64,000 nucleotides of DNA from Phaeosaccion multiseriatum (taxonomy: Eukaryota > Protista > Ochrophyta, other classes). The notes beneath the pieces were generated by a model. It was not told the DNA's origin. It did not search any database and was given only the letters and a program-made list of their open reading frames with translations. Every line of letters begins with the position of its first letter. The first letter of the stretch is position 1. The stretch is taken from assembly GCA_965112735.1 (NCBI GenBank), contig OZ218953.1:1860001-1924000 (forward strand). The letters run 5' to 3'. A program made the position numbers and the translations under genes. Positions 13,301 to 29,118 of the stretch are shown here, piece after piece.

Positions 13301-15507
13301 TGAAGGGAGAGACAGGGTGGGCAGGGTGGGCAGGGTGGGTAGTGAGGCACACCTGAATTAATTCCTTGGTCATAGATAGCCCTTGGTTGGGGTGGGTTGG
13401 GTTGAGTTGAGTTGGGGTGGGGTGGGTTGGGTTGGTTGGAGTGGGGTGGATTGGGTTGGGGTGGGTTGGGTTGTGAGTGGGATGCGAGTAGGTTGAGGTT
13501 GGGTTGGAGGGTCTGTGGCAGCATATTTTCCTTTTTTTGGGAGGCTCTGCCTGGATATCTCGCAGACCTCTCTCCTTCGCTGTCTGTCTCCCTCCCACTC
13601 TCACCTCCTCCTGACTGTGCTGCGCTGTGCTGTGCTGTATCACCAACGGCTGTGCTCCTCCCTCCCTCCCTCAGTACGCATCCATGAGCACCCCCGTTCT
13701 CAAGAATATGAGTTTCACGGTGGGCGCACGCACCCGCGTCGGCATTGTCGGTCGCACCGGCGCTGGTGAGTGGCCAAGGCCAACAGGAAGGAGTCACTCC
13801 CTTTGGTTGCTTATGTCACTGAGGGGCCAGGAGAAGACTTAACCCCCCCTCCCCTTCCTCCTCTCCCCCTCCCACTCCTCCCTCCCCTCCCTCCCCTCCC
13901 TCCCACTCTCGCTTCCCTCCTTCCCCTCCCTCCCAGGCAAGTCGTCTCTGACCTCTGCTCTGTTCCGCCTCGTGGAGCCTTCTGCCGGGTCGGTGGTGAT
14001 CGACGGAGTCAACGCCCTTGAAATTGGCTTGGCTGAGCTGCGCTCCAAGCTATCCATCGTGCCTCAGGTCAGTCAGTCCGTCGGTCAGTCAGGAAAGAAG
14101 GAAGGAAGGAAGGAAGGAAGGAAGGGAGGGAGGGAGGGAGGGAGGCAGGATGGAGTGAAAGGAAGGAAAGGAGGGAGAGAGGAGGGGAGGGACGAAGTTA
14201 GTCAGCAATGAGGCAGTCTCTCTACGTCCCTTGCCCGTCTCTCACTCTCCCTCCCTCCCACCCCCTCTCTCCCCCCCCCTCCCTCCCCGCCTCTCTCCTG
14301 TCCCCCCCTCCCCTCTCTCTCTCGTGGTCCACAACCATCAAAACAGGACCCCGTCCTCTTCCGAGGCACCGTTCGCTCCAACCTCGACCCTTTCAATGAC
14401 TTCACTGACGTGGTCATCTGGCACTCCCTGGAGAGAGCCCATCTGTCCACTGCCATCCAGCAACAGGGCGGGCTGGACGCTCCTGTGCAGGACAGCGGCA
14501 GTAACTTTAGCGTGGGGCAGCGGCAGCTCTTGTGCATGGCCAGAGCCATGCTTAGGGATAGCAGCATTCTCGTCATGGATGAGGTAAGGGAGGAGGGAGG
14601 AGGAGGAGAGGGGGGGGGGCAGGGAGGGGGAGGAGTGACTGACAGACTGACTGACTGCAATGGAATGGCGCTGTTTGAGGACTTTGACCGTGACAGAGCC
14701 CAAGTGCCCCCTCTCCCCCCCCACCCTTCTTTGGACGCTCACACGAAGTTTCGCTGCCTTTGTTTCTATCGTCTGTTGCTGCTTGTCCTTTCTCTCTGTC
14801 TTTTGTCTCTGTCTCTGTCTCTGTCTCTGTCTCTGTCTTTTGTCTCTGTCTCTGTCTCTGTCTCTGTCTCTCCTTTTCTCTTTCCCTCTCCGCCTCTCTC
14901 CCTCTCTCCCTCTTTCTCTCTCTCTCCTCTCTCTCTCTCCCACTCTCCTCTCTCCATCACCTGCCCCCCCTTCTCTCTCTCCGCCTGCCCTCTGCCCTCT
15001 AACAACCCCATATCTTTTGTATGCTCATACGTAAGGCTACTGCCAACGTCGACCCGGAGACCGATCTGCTGATTCAGGAGACGGTCCGGCACGAGTTCCG
15101 CAACAAGACGGTGCTGAGCATTGCACACAGGCTTCACACAGTTATCTTTATGGACAAGTGAGTATGGCCTTCTTGTTGTCATTGGTTGTTGTCATTGGTT
15201 GTTGTCATTGTTGTTCTTGTTCTTGTTCTTGTTCATGTTCTTGTTCTTGTCAGCTAACTGCAAGTCGCTGCTTCCCCCTCTCTCCTTCCCTCCCTCCCTC
15301 CCTCCCTCCCTCTTTCCCTCTCTCAGGGTGATGGTGCTGGACAAGGGGGAGCTTATTGAGTACGACTCCCCCTCCGCGCTGCTGAGGGACGAGGACAGTC
15401 TCTTCTTTGGGCTGTGCAGCAAGTCAGGGGCTCTCGACGAGCTCAGAGCAACGGCGTTGCAGGAGGAGGAGCTTGCGGGGCTTACGAAGCAGCAGTTGGT
15501 GGTGTAG
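4608..15507 (+). CDS. ABC transporter subfamily C (MRP-like), full-length TMD-NBD-TMD-NBD with extra N-terminal TM region, 22 exons
   Basis: NBD1 has [13 protein letters not shown] and YLLDD. NBD2 has GRTGAGKS, FSVGQ, LVMDEATA and IAHRL. ABCC TMD motifs are present ([38 protein letters not shown]). All 21 GT-AG introns traced in frame. Confidence 0.95.
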
Positions 15508-16656
15508 CAACAGCAGGGAGTGGTGCGTGGTACAGCAGCAGCAGGAGGAGGAGGAGGAGGAGGAGGAGGAGGAGGACCAGGAGGAGGAGGAGGAGGAGGA
15601 GGAGGAAGGGGGGGGGGAGGAGGAGGAGGAGGAGGAGAAGGAGGAGGAGGAGGAGGAGGAGGAGGAGGAGGACCAGGAGGAGGAGGAGGAGGAGGAGGGG
15701 TAGCAGACTCCGGGGAGGAAGAGGCTTGAGAGAGGTCAGAGGAGGGTGTGGGGGGGGGTCTGTTGACGGGGTGGGGAATGCAATTGATGATGTCTTGTCG
15801 TTTTAAAGTTAGCAGGAGACATTCGTCTCTCGGTAAGTTGGTCAGTGTGTGTGTGTGGATGATGTATCATTAAGGAAGGGTCTGGTGCGGTCTTTCTCTC
15901 TGGGCGGTGGTGGGTAGGCGGCTCGAGGATCGGGTTGGGTTTGCGAGCTTGTCCGTGCACCATGGAGGAAGACCCCAGGAAGGGGGGGGGTTAGAGGGGT
16001 GAGTGGGAGACGGGGGCTCCAGCAGGGAGAGAGGGCAGGGAGGGAGGAGCGGTAGCAGGCAAGCAGGTAGCGGCTGGCTCACGCCGGAGGTAGCAGGTAG
16101 GGTGGTGTCGTACCCACCGTAGTAGTAGAATACACGTGACTAATAAGGAACGAACTCCTAAAGAGTTTCTTCGATTCCCGACGTTTCCCTTCCCTCGCCC
16201 ACCTCGCTCGCGGCAACCCCAAAGCAATTTCTGAAACGCTTGCCGATTTGGGACTCGATTTTGAAACACGCTTACGCCCCCCTGTGACCGCGTACATCAG
16301 CACGCAGCAAGACAACACATAGAGAAGGAAAGGTAGAGGGAGGCAGATAGCGAAGAGATGATGAGATAGAGAGGGCCGTACGTTTTTAGAGGGAGGGTGA
16401 GGAGGCAGGGAAGAGGGAAGAGAACCTCCTAGGGAGGCAAAAGTGACAGTTGGGCGGGGCGGACGGAGACACCATTCCTCTAGTGAGAGTGCACCACTCA
16501 GAGGGGCTAGCTGTCCGCTGGGGTGTGGCGGTGAGGCTACTGGATCATCAGTGGTGTTATCGGACGAGAGCTCTGGGCCATTACCAAACAAACGACTTCC
16601 CTCTCCCGTCCCGCGAACCTCGACGCAGCAGAAGGCGGTGAAGGCCTACTGCGACT

Positions 16657-16725
16657 ATGCCTCGGGCCAGTACAGCCTTCGGCTGCCTGGGGAACTATTC
16701 TCTCCCCCCCCCTGCACCGAACGGC

Positions 16726-16757
<32 letters not shown>

Positions 16758-19686
16758 TGGTAGCACCAGCCCGAGCACTAGTAAGAGCAAGACAAATAGG
16801 AGTGGCAGCAGCAGCACTGGGTACCAGGAAAAGGAGCAGCAGCAGCAGCGCCGGAATTCTCAGCATACTACACGGAATCGATCACCTCTGTCCTCCGGCT
16901 CCCCCTATGGTAGCGGTCCAGGAACAGGAGGAGGAGGAGGAGGAGGGTCGCCTTCGAAAAAGAAAGGGAAGAGCCCCTCCTCCTCCGCCAAGGCCAAGTC
17001 CGCATTGGAGGGCCTCAAGAGGTCGTGCGCAGAGAAGGAGCGCAAGGTAGGGCTCTTGCAGGCCCAGGTGGTGCGCCTCCGCTCTCAGCTGGGCAAGGTG
17101 ATGAGCGGCGTGGACGGGGCGGAGACGGAGAAGAGAGAGCACACCATCGCCCCCGCAGCGAGGCTCGTGGGCGACCACGGCGTGGGAGACCTCACCTCCA
17201 GCGACCTCAGTAGAACAGCCACCATGGCAACGGCCCACGCGCTGCTGCAGATGGGCAAGGGGCAGCCGGCGGCCGAGGACGCTACGGACAATGACCTTCC
17301 CCGGCACCTTATCAAAATGTTCTCCGAGCCCTGCGCACACGCCTCCTACCTCACGAGCGAGCGCTTCGCCTATGACTTGCTCGAAATGTGTCGGAAGGTC
17401 GCCCCCATCCTGCAGCAGGAGGCCAGATGCCTCGCCCTCCAGTCCCCCGTGTACATCTTCGGGGACATTCACGGCAATCTCGAGGACCTCAATTTCTTTG
17501 GCGACAACATTTGGCCCTGCGGCATTTCGTGCACAGCGGGGCGGTTTCTGTTCTTGGGCGACTATGTGGACAGAGGCATGAGCGGGTTAGAGGTGGTGGC
17601 CTACCTCTTCTCGCAGAAAGTGCTGCACCCGAGCAAGGTGTTTTTGCTGCGAGGCAATCACGAGATTCGTGATGTGAATGGGTGGGTGGCGCACTACAAG
17701 GAGAAATCCTTCCTATGGCAGTGTCAGAACCGCTTTGGGCCCGGTTTGGGGGAGGTAGTGTGGGAGGGGTGCAATCAGGTGTTCGATCGCATGCCGCTCG
17801 CCGCCGTCATCGACAGAGACATTTTCTGTGTGCACGGTGGCATCCCCCGCCCCAGCCACACGGCGGAGGAAGCTGCGGCGGTGGCCGTGGCGCAGGCAGA
17901 CGAGGCAGCTCGACGGGAGAAGGAGGCCCGGCGAAGGAGACCCGGCGGTCCGTCCCGTATGCTGCGCGAACTTGAGAGTGATAGCGATGACCCGCACGAC
18001 GACAATGCCGCTGCTTCTGCCGAGGCGGTTGCTGAGGAGGCGACTGCTGCAAAGCCCATACCCACACTGGAGTCTCGGTTAGAGGGTATCTTGCGTGTGC
18101 CCTGCGTGGCCAGTGTGTGCCCCCCCAACGAGATTGAAACGTTCGCGTCTCAGCAAGTGGCGTCGGATTGCATGTGGAGCGATCCGGCCAAGGAGATGCA
18201 AGAAAAGTTCCTGAATGAGTTGGGCTTTGGGGAGAGCTTGAGGGGAGGAGGCGCTATATGCTTCGGAGAGAAGGTGAGCAAAAGAGAGAGAGAGACAGAG
18301 TGGTGTAGGGGTGGGAGTAGGAGGGCGTGAGTGATTGAGTGAGTGAGTGAGTGAGTGAGTGAGTGAGTGAGTGAGTGAGTGACTGGGCAGTGTGGGTAGT
18401 GCAGGGGGAGGAGAAGGGCGGAGACGGGGCATCGTCGTCTCCCTCCGACCCTCTCCCTTGTCTTTGTCGCTGTCGTAATGGGCCCTCGAGGGGTGGGGGG
18501 GGGGGTTCAAGGGGGCGGCAGGCCAAGCGTACGGGCAGAAAGGAGGGGAAAGAGAGCTTGCTGGGGGCGGCAGGGCATATGGGTAGAACGAAAGGAGGGG
18601 GAAGGGCCGTCGCTTCTCGTGTGTCTGCTTCTTGTTCTTTCCTCGTTCTGCCTTATCAATCAGCTCATTCCTGTATGAACCTCCATCCTTATCATCGCTT
18701 GCACCCGCCCGCCCTCCGTCTCTTTCTTGAAGGCCTAACGTTACACCTCCTAACCATCCCCCCCCCCCTCTCTTTCTCCCCTGCCTGCCCCATCTCAGGC
18801 CATAACGGACTTCCTGCAGCAGGAGCAACTGAGCTACATTGTCCGTGCACACGAGGCCCACGCCGAGGGAGTCTCCCTGAGCAAGAGCGCCAAAGTATTT
18901 ACCATTTTCAGCACCAGCAAGGACCATGGTCAGGGTCGAGGGGCAATGGCCGGATGCATCCTGGTGGACACAAGTCGGATGTTGGTCATCAACCGCAGCA
19001 CTAGTTACGGCAATCGGTACCTGAGAAGACAGGAGAGCGTCCAGCGTATGTCTCCCTCGGCCATACAGAGGCTGGTCAAGATTGGCATGTGTCCCAAGGG
19101 GAGTTGGCTGCTGGAGGCGGGTGTCGGACTCGGGGGCGAGCTCGAGATGGAGGGAGGGGAGGATGGGAGGCGATTCGGTGAGGAAGGAAAGGATGCGTTG
19201 CTTGCGGATGAGGAGGAGGAGGAGGAGGAAGACGACTTTGAAGGATACTATGACCACTGCGTAGAGGAGGAGGAGGAGATGCCCTACGGCATGGAGGAGG
19301 AGGAGGAGGAAGCGGCGGCGGTAGCGGCAGCAGTAGAGGAAGCTCTGACAGGAGGAGGCGGAGGAGGAGGGGTAGCAGGAGCGGGCAAGGGGCAAACTAG
19401 TAGGGGGGGGCAGCAGAAGCAGAGACAGAAGCCGTTACAACCACATGCACAGAACATTCCTCAGAGCTCCGCGGGTGGTCCCTCCAGCAGCAGGGGGAAG
19501 AAGTCCGGCCCGATTGATATGGACGCTGGCGACGACCACGACTACAATAGCCAAAGCAGCAGCACGGGCCGGCGGGGCAGCCACAACAGCAACAGTTACA
19601 ATAGCGGCGGCGGGCGGCGAGGAGGGAAGACGGCGAGGCGGCACGTGGACTCTGATGCGGGATCGGAGGAGAGCTGGTCGGATTGA
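16657..19686 (+). CDS. PPP-family Ser/Thr protein phosphatase (calcineurin-like metallophosphoesterase) with N-terminal coiled coil and acidic tail, 2 exons (16657-18272, 18799-19686); start codon uncertain
   Basis: Signature motifs GDIHG, GDYVDRG, LRGNHE, CVHGG, WSDP, IVRAHE and TIFS are in order and in frame across one GT-AG intron. Confidence 0.9.
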
Positions 19687-21229
19687 GTCGGTAGTTGTCA
19701 TTAGACAGAGGGGAGCTAGAGAGAGTAGAGGAGAGATGGAGCAGTGAGTGAGGCGAGTGTGTCCAGAACGTCAATCAAGAGGGGGAAGGCACACGGGGAT
19801 GGGCTTGGGCCAGGTGTGGGGTGTGGGTGCGTGAGTGTCGTGTGTGTGCGTGCGAGTGCAGCACAAACGCTACATACTCTTACTCTTACTCTTAGAGGTA
19901 ACCTGCTCGTGTGCAGAGGTTGGGATAGTATAGAGGGAGGTAGGAGGACGGGGTGGGTAATAGCAATGTGTTGTGGTGAGCGGGAGGAGGAGTGGAGTGG
20001 AGTGGACATGAATGGGAAGAGAGGCAGTGTGTCAGGTCGTGTCGGCAACAAGCTCCACCCGGGCGTGTGCCTAACTAATATTACGTAGCGTTGACTCAAT
20101 GGTGAATGTCAAGGAATCAGTATCAGCGAGCGGGGTGACTTCACCGAAGAGTAGAGGGCCAGAAGCTCTTCCAAGGTTCCTACATTGCGTTGTTGCGCTT
20201 TGCGGGGGCCGAGTCGAACTCTTTGTAACTGTCGGTGTCGGTGACACGCTAAAAACTAAAAACAATCTTCACGCCCCAACCATTGGGGATGAAACGGTCG
20301 TTCCCCAATGCCCTACTTCGGACACCTGCTAAGGACTCCGAGGGATTTGGTCTATCCGTGTATTGTGTTTTGCACAGTGTCTCTACTACACGCTCGTGCC
20401 TAGGGAAAACGGACATTCTTCTAATGCCCCAGAATGTGTGATCGGAAACCCTCAGGCAGGACAGCCTACACAACAATCTCGAGTTGTAACAAGCAACTGC
20501 AAGTCAGGGGGAAGAGAGTCGATATGCAGGTTTCGTTCCAAGTGCTCGGGGACCAAAACTGTTGTGCGTCGTGCCCCTGCCTGTTTTCATTTCGAGGAGC
20601 CCAGGAGAGGCTGTTGCTTGCCGCCAGAAGCCAGACGCCAGAGGCGGCCGACGGCCAAGAAGCCAGGATGAGAAACTTCGCCCAGGGCCGACGGCCCTGC
20701 CTTCATGGTATTGAGAACCTTCCTGCCAGTCTAGGCAGGGAGTGTTCAAATTTGACAAAACTGTTGAAATATGTTCGCACCAACCCACAAACCCTCTTTA
20801 GTACAGCATCACCTTTCCAGCTTCTTCGCTCTCCCCCCGCCCCTGGGGGCTGAGTCACCCATCGCTGCAACTCAACTCCCTCCACACGCCACACACGCCT
20901 CCACAGCCTCACAGCATGAGGGCTCGCTCTACCCTGTCCTCTCTCTTCCGCAGACCACAGAAAGCGGGGCACACACACCCACAGCGTAGAAGAAACGCTG
21001 CCCGTTCTGTGCATGTGACTGTACCACCAACTCTGGCTGCTGCTGCTGCTGCCCCGCGGAGGGAGAAGCGGTGTCGTCCCTCCCCCATCTGGTAGCAGGT
21101 AGTTAAGCCGGGCAGAGGAGGCAGCCCGCCCCAACGCCCTCACACGTAGCTCTTCCTTCCCTCTTCTCTCTCCTGGATGGCACTGCATGGCATCCTTCAC
21201 CCACACACAATCTCTCTCTCTCTCTCTCT

Positions 21230-23672
<2,443 letters not shown>

Positions 23673-23980
23673 CACTCAGTTGAAGCTCCAACTTCTCTCC
23701 TCTCCTCTTTCTTTCGGGCAAAGCCGGTGAAGCTCTACCTCGTTTAGTGGGACAAGCTGGTCAGTAGATAAGGAAGAGGTAAGGGCCTTCTTTTCCCGTC
23801 TCTCGTCTCTTCCCTTCTTTGAAGGCGCCTCAACCGCGACGTAATCTTACGTAAGTTTAGGTGCTGAAGTGTCGCATAGGACGGAAATACGAGAAAACCT
23901 TCCAACAAAAGGAGCAGCACACCTGCTGGAGGAGGAGGAGGAGGAGGAGGAGGCGCAGGGGCCAGGGGAGAGGCTTCTCC

Positions 23981-25256
23981 ATGTCTTTATCAGCATGTGA
24001 GTTTGATGAGAAGACTCCAAGACAGGAGGTCTAAGAAAACTCAGCTTCCTGGTGGAGGATTAGTTTGCGCAGCTCGCTGATCGTTGGGAAGAAGATCCGC
24101 GTTGTGCATCTTGCGTGGCTCTTCCTTCCACCCCTGAGGATAGGCAGCTATTAGGAGCGAGTTGACACTCTGATTTACTCACTTCCCTCTCAGAGGGGGG
24201 CGGCACGAGAACAGCCTGTTGCCGGACGAGGCCTTGTGAGCTGCTCATACGCAGGGTTGGCGCAGGACAATAGCACCCCCCCCTTGGAGCTGTGTACCTT
24301 ACTCATTGCTTATCTGCTTTTCTGTCCGTCTGCTCCTCCCCCCCCCTTCTCCCCCACCACCTCCTCAGGCTCGCACTGCTGTTTCGGGCTATCCGTCTTG
24401 GGAGCAATTTTTCTGGTGAGTACCCAAGTGTCGCTGGCCTCAGAGACAGAGAGAGACAAAGAAAGAGAGGGAGAGAAAGAGAGAGATAGAAGAGAGAGAG
24501 AGGAAGGGAGAGAGACATAAAGAGGAGGAGAGAGAGAGGGAGACCAAGAGAGAGACAGAGCAAGACAGGGAGAGAGGCCGAGAGACCAAGAGAGAGAGAG
24601 AGAGAGAGCAAGACAGGGAGAGAAGTGGTCTCTCTGTCCACCTCCCTCTCTCCTCCCTCTCCGAGCTGGCGCCTGTCGTATTTCGACCTCACCAGAAAAC
24701 CCATCTTCCTCCCTCCCTCCATCCTCCCACCCACTCGTACAGTCCATCATCGGCTTCCTGTTCACCACACAACCCATATATACCTCCCATGAGATCGCTG
24801 AGGAAGACCCCACAGCGGCAGCAGCCGCTTGCTATACCGGAGCCCTCATCTATGTCGGCTTTATTGCGTTATCTGCCTTGGGAATTGTGAGTATGCAAGC
24901 GACGAACGAAACGAAATACCGCAGGCTGAGCAGGGCCGGCAAGTGAGGGCGGGGAAGAAGTAATGCATCGAAGCATACGTTGGACCTCCTGCTGCCGTCG
25001 TGCTGCCTATACTACACTGTCCTATTCTCGACTCTCTTCCCTTTGTCCTAAACACTACCCCGACTCGGCCCCCCTCCCCCTCCCCCGCCTCTCTGCTTCC
25101 TTCGCTTTGTGCTCTGCATTTGGTGCGCTTTCTGTCCCATCCATTCAGTATCTCGACAAGCGGAAGCAGAAACAGGCGGCGCAGTCAGCGAGAGAGGGGT
25201 TGGAGGAGGCGGAGGGGCTCTTAACAGATCACCGCAATGGCTACGGCACCAATTAG
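23981..25256 (+). CDS. RNASEK: RNase kappa / V-ATPase V0 subunit f-like two-TM protein (104 aa), 4 exons (23981-23996, 24369-24415, 24743-24886, 25149-25256)
   Basis: Spliced product is MSLSACSHCCFGLSVLGAIFLSIIGFLFTTQPIYT...AAAACYTGALIYVGFIALSALGIYLDKRK...GYGTN*. The Cys-x-x-LS-x-x-G-x-I-F-L first helix and C-x-x-A-x-x-Y second helix match the RNASEK pattern. All three donors are GTGAGT. Confidence 0.72.
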
Positions 25257-25393
25257 AGCAAGACAAATAGCTACTTATCACACACACACACACACAACAC
25301 AACCCTTTACGAGCCATATATACATAAACAAACCAAATTTTGTAAAAAACACTCTCTTTTGTCTTGTGTAGTACTTCGTCGCTCCTTCTCCCT

Positions 25394-27367
25394 TCAAAAG
25401 TCCTCCACCAGCAGCGAGCTGTCGTCATCCTCTGGAGCGCTGCTGCCGCTCTCCTCTCCTCCTCCTCCTCCTCCTCCTCCTCCTCCTCCTCCAGCCCCAC
25501 TCTCCCCGGCCTGGCCTGCCTTTAACAACCGACTGAACCTACGGTCGGTGCCTGACTTCTTGGAGGACAGAGAGACGAGAATGGGCCCTCCCTTGCGAGC
25601 CTCCTCCACCTCCAGCGTCGCCCCTCCCGCGGCCTCCTGTACCGCCAACTGCTGCGGTTGCTGCTGCTTGCCTTCCACATCGTCCTCGGAGGAGTCCCAG
25701 TCACTGAAAGTGGTCGTTGCCTTGGCCACAGTTACAGCCGTTGCCGTTGCCGTTGCCGTTGCTGCTGCCGCTGCTGCCTCCTCTTCTTCTGCCCCCCCTC
25801 TGCTCTCTTTTCGACGATCTTCTCGTGGCGGCGGTACGGTTACTGGTGCTGCTGTTGCTGGTGCTGCTGCTGCTGCTGCTGCTGGTGCCTGCTTGTGGTC
25901 GCTCGCTCTGCGCATGTTTTGAGAGGCGGGGCCCTGGCACAAGAGGACAAGAGACGCGACGAATGGGGGAGGGGGGAAGCTCAAAACCGAGTGCGATGAT
26001 TGACGAAAAGAGGGGGATGGGCCGGGGGAGAGAGAGAGGGACATGAAGCACAACCCCTTCTTCTTCCCCGTCCATACGGTACCAACATTAACCAACCAAC
26101 CAAAACCACCGACCCAATACCAACCAACCAACCAACCCGCTAAGAAACCAACCAACCAACCAACCAACCAACCCACCCACCGAAACGGAAACAAACCAAT
26201 CCCCCTCTCTAACCTTGTTATCGACAACAGCAGCAGCAGCACCGGCCATGGGCCATTCATCCCCCTCCCCCTCCTCCTCCTTCTCCTCGAGTGGGACCGA
26301 TCCCGACTGCCTCCCTTCTCCTGCTGCACTCGCCATTCCCGCCCCCCCGGGGCCTGCGCTGCCGCTCTCCCGCACAAAGCCTTCCCCTTCGGCGCCCGCC
26401 CCTCTGCTGTGATGCTGTACCACCAATTGCCCCTGAGCTCCGGATGGGACGGAAGCTATGGCTTTGCCTGTGGCTGTGGCCGCTACCGCAAGTGCCCCTC
26501 TCTCCTCCATCTCAGCGCGACCCCCCGCCCCTGCCTTTGACGTGAGATGGTCCTCCTCTCTGGCCTCTGCTCGAACCTCTCTAGCGTGCCTCTGCCTCGC
26601 TTCCTCCCCTGCCTCAGCGCTGCGGCGAGCCAGCGCGGCCACCTCTGGGTCAAGGTCCGCCGCTGGCCCTCCCCCCCCCGGGGCTAATGAAGACGACGCT
26701 GCACTACTTATACTCAGCGTTGACGATGCTGCCCCTGCCCCTCCGGCCCCTGCTGCTGAGTACGCCCTCGACAGCCCTTGTCCTGCTTCCTCTTGTTGTT
26801 TCTGTTGTGGTTGTGGTTGTGTTTGTGGTTGTGGTTGTGGTTGTTGCTGTTGTTGTTGTTGTTGTTGTTGTTTTTGTTGCTGCTGCTGTTGTTGCTGCTG
26901 TTGTAACGGCTGCTGCGGCTGCTGTTGTTGCTCGATGTGCTCGATGTGCTGCTGTTGTTGCTGTTGTTGCTGGAGGTGGTTCACCTGATGCTGCCACTGC
27001 TTCTTCTCCTCTCGCTGGTGCTGGTGCTGGTGCTGCTGGTGGTGGTCGTGCTGGTGCCGCTCGTACTGCTGCGTTCTCATGTGTGGGAGCTGCTGGTGGT
27101 GCAGCTGTTCCTGCTGCCTCAGAGAGGGCGCTGACATCGCCATTGGAGGAGGATGATGAGCAGCCCGACTCGGAAACAGAAGCCCCCCCTCTTGGCTGCC
27201 CCTCCTCCAGGAAGGGAACTGAGATGAGGAGAGCCCACCCGCTCCCTCGGCAGAGTCCAGCAAAGGCTTGTTATAGTACTTCTCACGAATGGACTAAATT
27301 AATGACGGAGGGGTGGCCGGGAGAGAGAGAAGATATCCAGCAAAGATGAGAGAGAGAGAGAGGGAGA

Positions 27368-27423
<56 letters not shown>

Positions 27424-29086
27424 TGAGTTGAGGGAGGGGGGAGATGGGGACGTGGAAGAAAAAGCGAAACGATGATGCTATGAAAGGGCGAAATGAGGAA
27501 GGGATTGAGGGCAAACACTTCCTGCCCAATTCAATGACCCGAAGAGTCTCTTCCCTTCCCTCTCATGTAACCCACGCTTTAACCAACGCCTGTGTGGTTT
27601 CACGCACCTTCATCTCCTCTTCCACCTCGACCATCACCCCTCCCACTTCTCGGGCCACAGAGCGCTCCCTTATGACAGCAGACTCAGCCAGCTTGCTGAA
27701 GGGAGGAAGAGAGGAAGGGAGGAAGGAAGGAAGGAAGGAAGGAAGGAAGGAAGAAGGGGTAGGGGGTGAGGGAGAGGGTGAGGTTGGTTGAAGAAGTCGA
27801 TTGAGATTTGCGGGAATCAACCCCCCACTTCCCACTTCTCTTTATCTTCTCCGATGTGCCTCCATCATCCCTCCCTCCCTCCTCCTCTCTAGGACCGACC
27901 TCCTGAAGGTTGCATCGTCAAGCCCCTGCCCCTGGCCACGCATGTCGATCCCCAGCCTGTCGCCTCTTGCGTACAGCTCAGCCAGCACCTGAGGGGGGGG
28001 AGGGAGGGAGGAAGAGAGGGGGAGGAGGGAGGGAGGGAGGGAGGGAGGGAGGGAGGGGGAGGGAGGGAGGGAGAAGGAAGGAGGGAGGGAGGGGGAGGGA
28101 GGGGGAGAGGGAGAGAGGCATGGCGGAGGACGACGTTCTTCAGAAAGGAGGTTTCTTGGAGGCCCCAGAGGAAGAAGTGTTTTACGGAAATACATCACCC
28201 CCCCCCCCCTTCTTTCTCTCTCCCTCCCCCTCCAGTATCCAGTAGTCCACTTTCCTCCATCCACCCATACGCCTCTACTTTAGGTACTCGTACCTCCTTT
28301 CGAGTTCCTTCCACCTCAACCGCGTCGAGCCGCCAGTGGCTTGGCAGGACCCTCCCGCTCGACAGTTCCACAGAGTTGGAGCCCAGATTGAGCCCCTCCC
28401 CACCCCGCTTCTTGCCAGGGCCGGACTGAGACAGAGAGCCCGTGGCGTTGAGTTCCACTCGTCTGCACAGGGCGGGGGGAGAGAGAGGAGAAGTGGCTTA
28501 AGAGTGTAGATAACAATGTGATGGTAGATTGATCCATATACGAAACAGGAGGGGGAGGAGGAGGAGGAGGAGGAGGAGGAGGAGGAGGAAGAGGGAGGGG
28601 AGGGGAGGGGAGGGGAGGGGAAGGGAACGAATAAAAAGGCCCCCAACGAAGTATACATGATTTGATGAGGGTGGTGAATGAATACCATGCATACCTGTGA
28701 ATCGTGGCAAGGATGTCCTCCAGCGAGTCCGGTTTGGGGGCTCGGCGAGAAGGCGGCGCAGTGGCAGGGACGGCGATGGACCTCCTCTTCTCAGGCAATG
28801 GCACTGACAAGGGCAAGGGCAACAACGGAGAAGGCGAAGGCGCCTTACTGACGGCGGCGTTGGAAGGTGGGGCCCGTTTCCAGGCGAGAAAGGCGCTGTT
28901 CATGGCCGCCTTCCTCCCCGCCAGGGCCGCCGCCTTTCTCAGCTGCAGCATGCCTCGCACCCGTCTGCGCCGCTCCTCAAGGCCGGTGAGGGCACTGCTC
29001 ATGCTGCTTGTCGTACTTGTCCTCCTGGGGACAGGGGCAGGGTCTGACGGGACCGAGCCTGCTGCTGCGGTTGCTGCTGCTGCGGT

Positions 29087-29118
<32 letters not shown>

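Noticed and set aside
15520-15730. Poly-Glu/Arg/Gly ORFs after the ABCC stop
   Set aside because: (GAG)n repeat with an internal duplication in the 3'UTR/intergenic region; no credible gene structure.
18079-19395. 438-aa minus-strand ORF, and other long antisense ORFs such as 33992-35143 and 50378-51547
   Set aside because: Shadow ORFs of GC-rich real genes on the opposite strand, with no recognisable motifs.
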